The position numbers and the translations under genes were made by a program. Shown piece by piece: positions 62,611 through 64,000 of a stretch of DNA of 64,000 nt; within the stretch, counting starts at the first letter, position 1, and every line of letters begins with the position of its first letter. This stretch comes from Isurus oxyrinchus. Its lineage: Eukaryota. Below the pieces are notes generated by a model. That model saw nothing but the letters and a program-made list of their open reading frames with translations, made no database searches and was not told the DNA's origin. The DNA lies in the NCBI GenBank assembly GCA_026770705.1, contig JANJGN010000018.1, forward strand, positions 78,120,001 through 78,184,000. The letters are read 5' to 3'.

Positions 62611-63631
62611 TGTCCACAACCCCCACAGCAGTGTGTTTTAGAGAGGATATTTTAAACCTTTTGCATATTGTGACATTCAGTAATGACACAAAGCAAGCTT
62701 TCAGATAAGTTTAAATCAGAAGAAAAGATAATGCTTATTCACACCACACCACAAAATGTAAGCACAATGAGAAACAACCACTTCTTCACACAACACAGAC
62801 ACACGCACACGAGTGAAGATTGATTCTAGCGAAATAGCATTCATTTAGGTTTTTAACAGAAATACAAGAAGCAAATCATTTGTTTAAGTTTAGTTCATTA
62901 AGATGCATTATTGCAGGCCTGTATGGGTTCTCTCTTGTGGTTCCTTGGATGAATGGAAGTTGGAAGCCTCTGGGTTTACAGACAAAGTCATGGCCAAGTT
63001 TCTGTAGAGACAAATATTTGCAGGTGAAGATAAATTAGTCCCCCTCTCACATTGCCTGGGTTGACTGATTGTTCAGACATATTCTATTCCTTTTGTTGGA
63101 GGAATGGTTCCTCTTACCCTGTTGGTTTCCAGACTGAGATATCTCTGAATGGTTCTTGGAATAATAAGATTTATTATCTGAAGTCAGTTTTGATCACATG
63201 ACCATACGATCAATGCTTCTATTGTCTAGATGGATGATTTGAGGTTAGAAGACATTGCTACACAATTGGGGGTTTGGTGAATGGTGGCTGTTCACACCTG
63301 CTTGTGATAAACTGGTTTCCTCATATCTCTTTTTGTTAAGCTTCGAGCTTACAGACACTGGGGCAATCCAAACAATAGAAAATGTAAATTCACAAGTGGT
63401 TTTGTGTCCAACATGACTATTCAAAGGAGGGCATTCCACCCACAGTCATTTACATTTTAAGAACTTTCCAGAGAATTGAATTAATTCTTTGTGCAGAAAT
63501 CATAAAAGGTCACATGCCCCTCGGTGACCACCTTTGTAGCACATTGTCCATAAAGTCAATTTCAAAAAGTTCACATTGAATAAAGTCAGTATGTTGAAAG
63601 TTAGGAATATGGTAACTTTACTGGCATGACA
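62611..63631. mobile_element. Possible solo LTR
   Basis: TGTC...CATGACA ends and composition like the other solo LTRs; no TSD found. Confidence 0.35.
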
Positions 63632-64000
63632 AAAAGTCCCAACAACATGAACATTTATCACACAGGAATAAAGTCAACAAAATTATATATATATATACAC
63701 ATCAACTTACAACGTCATAGGATGATTGGACACCTGTGCCACCTTTGTGCCATTTGAAGTTTTATTGCTTATGTTTTATGCCACTTCTTCTTGGTGCAAC
63801 CCCAACACCCACAGCCGAGGTGGAGGCTGCCTGCTGAGTGTTATGCCTGTTGCTTGAGATTACGTTGGGGCATCCACTGGTGGCCTGTGGCTTAGAGGGC
63901 TCCAGCCTGCTGAGAGTCTCTTTTGCAGGTGCACCCTCTTTGGCATCACCTACTAGATGCCCTGGGGTCACTGACAGAGAGGAAGAGAGGTGCTAGCTCA

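Noticed and set aside
1-64000. Prokaryotic systems (operons, CRISPR arrays), tRNA/rRNA genes, and most short ORFs in the track
   Set aside because: The DNA is intron-exon structured vertebrate sequence. No repeat-spacer array or structured tRNA/rRNA was seen, and the short ORFs are random or transposon fragments.

Overview
Eukaryotic genomic DNA, most likely from a cartilaginous fish (inferred from the repeat landscape; the species cannot be read from the sequence). Two spliced genes converge. On + are the last nine coding exons of CIP2A/KIAA1524 (429-20259, 396 C-terminal aa). On - is a five-coding-exon B7-family gene, signal-IgV-IgC-IgV-TM (42827-25207, about 367 aa), best called HHLA2/B7-H7. 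MYH15, which separates these genes in human, is not between them here. The rest is mostly mobile DNA: CR1 and L2 LINEs, an RT-deleted Gypsy element, solo LTRs, Harbinger remnants and MITEs, a Tigger-type MITE, and many Penelope-like elements (PLEs), one nearly intact (50744-54648, 14-bp TSD). The most notable signals are: (i) minimal hammerhead-ribozyme motifs in the PLE terminal repeats, with a recurrent A6U core variant, also present in small TSD-flanked, often palindromic insertions; (ii) an HHLA2 with an almost absent tail, four extra Cys in the third Ig domain, an overlapping uORF and three long inverted repeats around its TM exon. Repeat boundaries without a stated TSD or TIR are approximate, and all homology calls are by eye.
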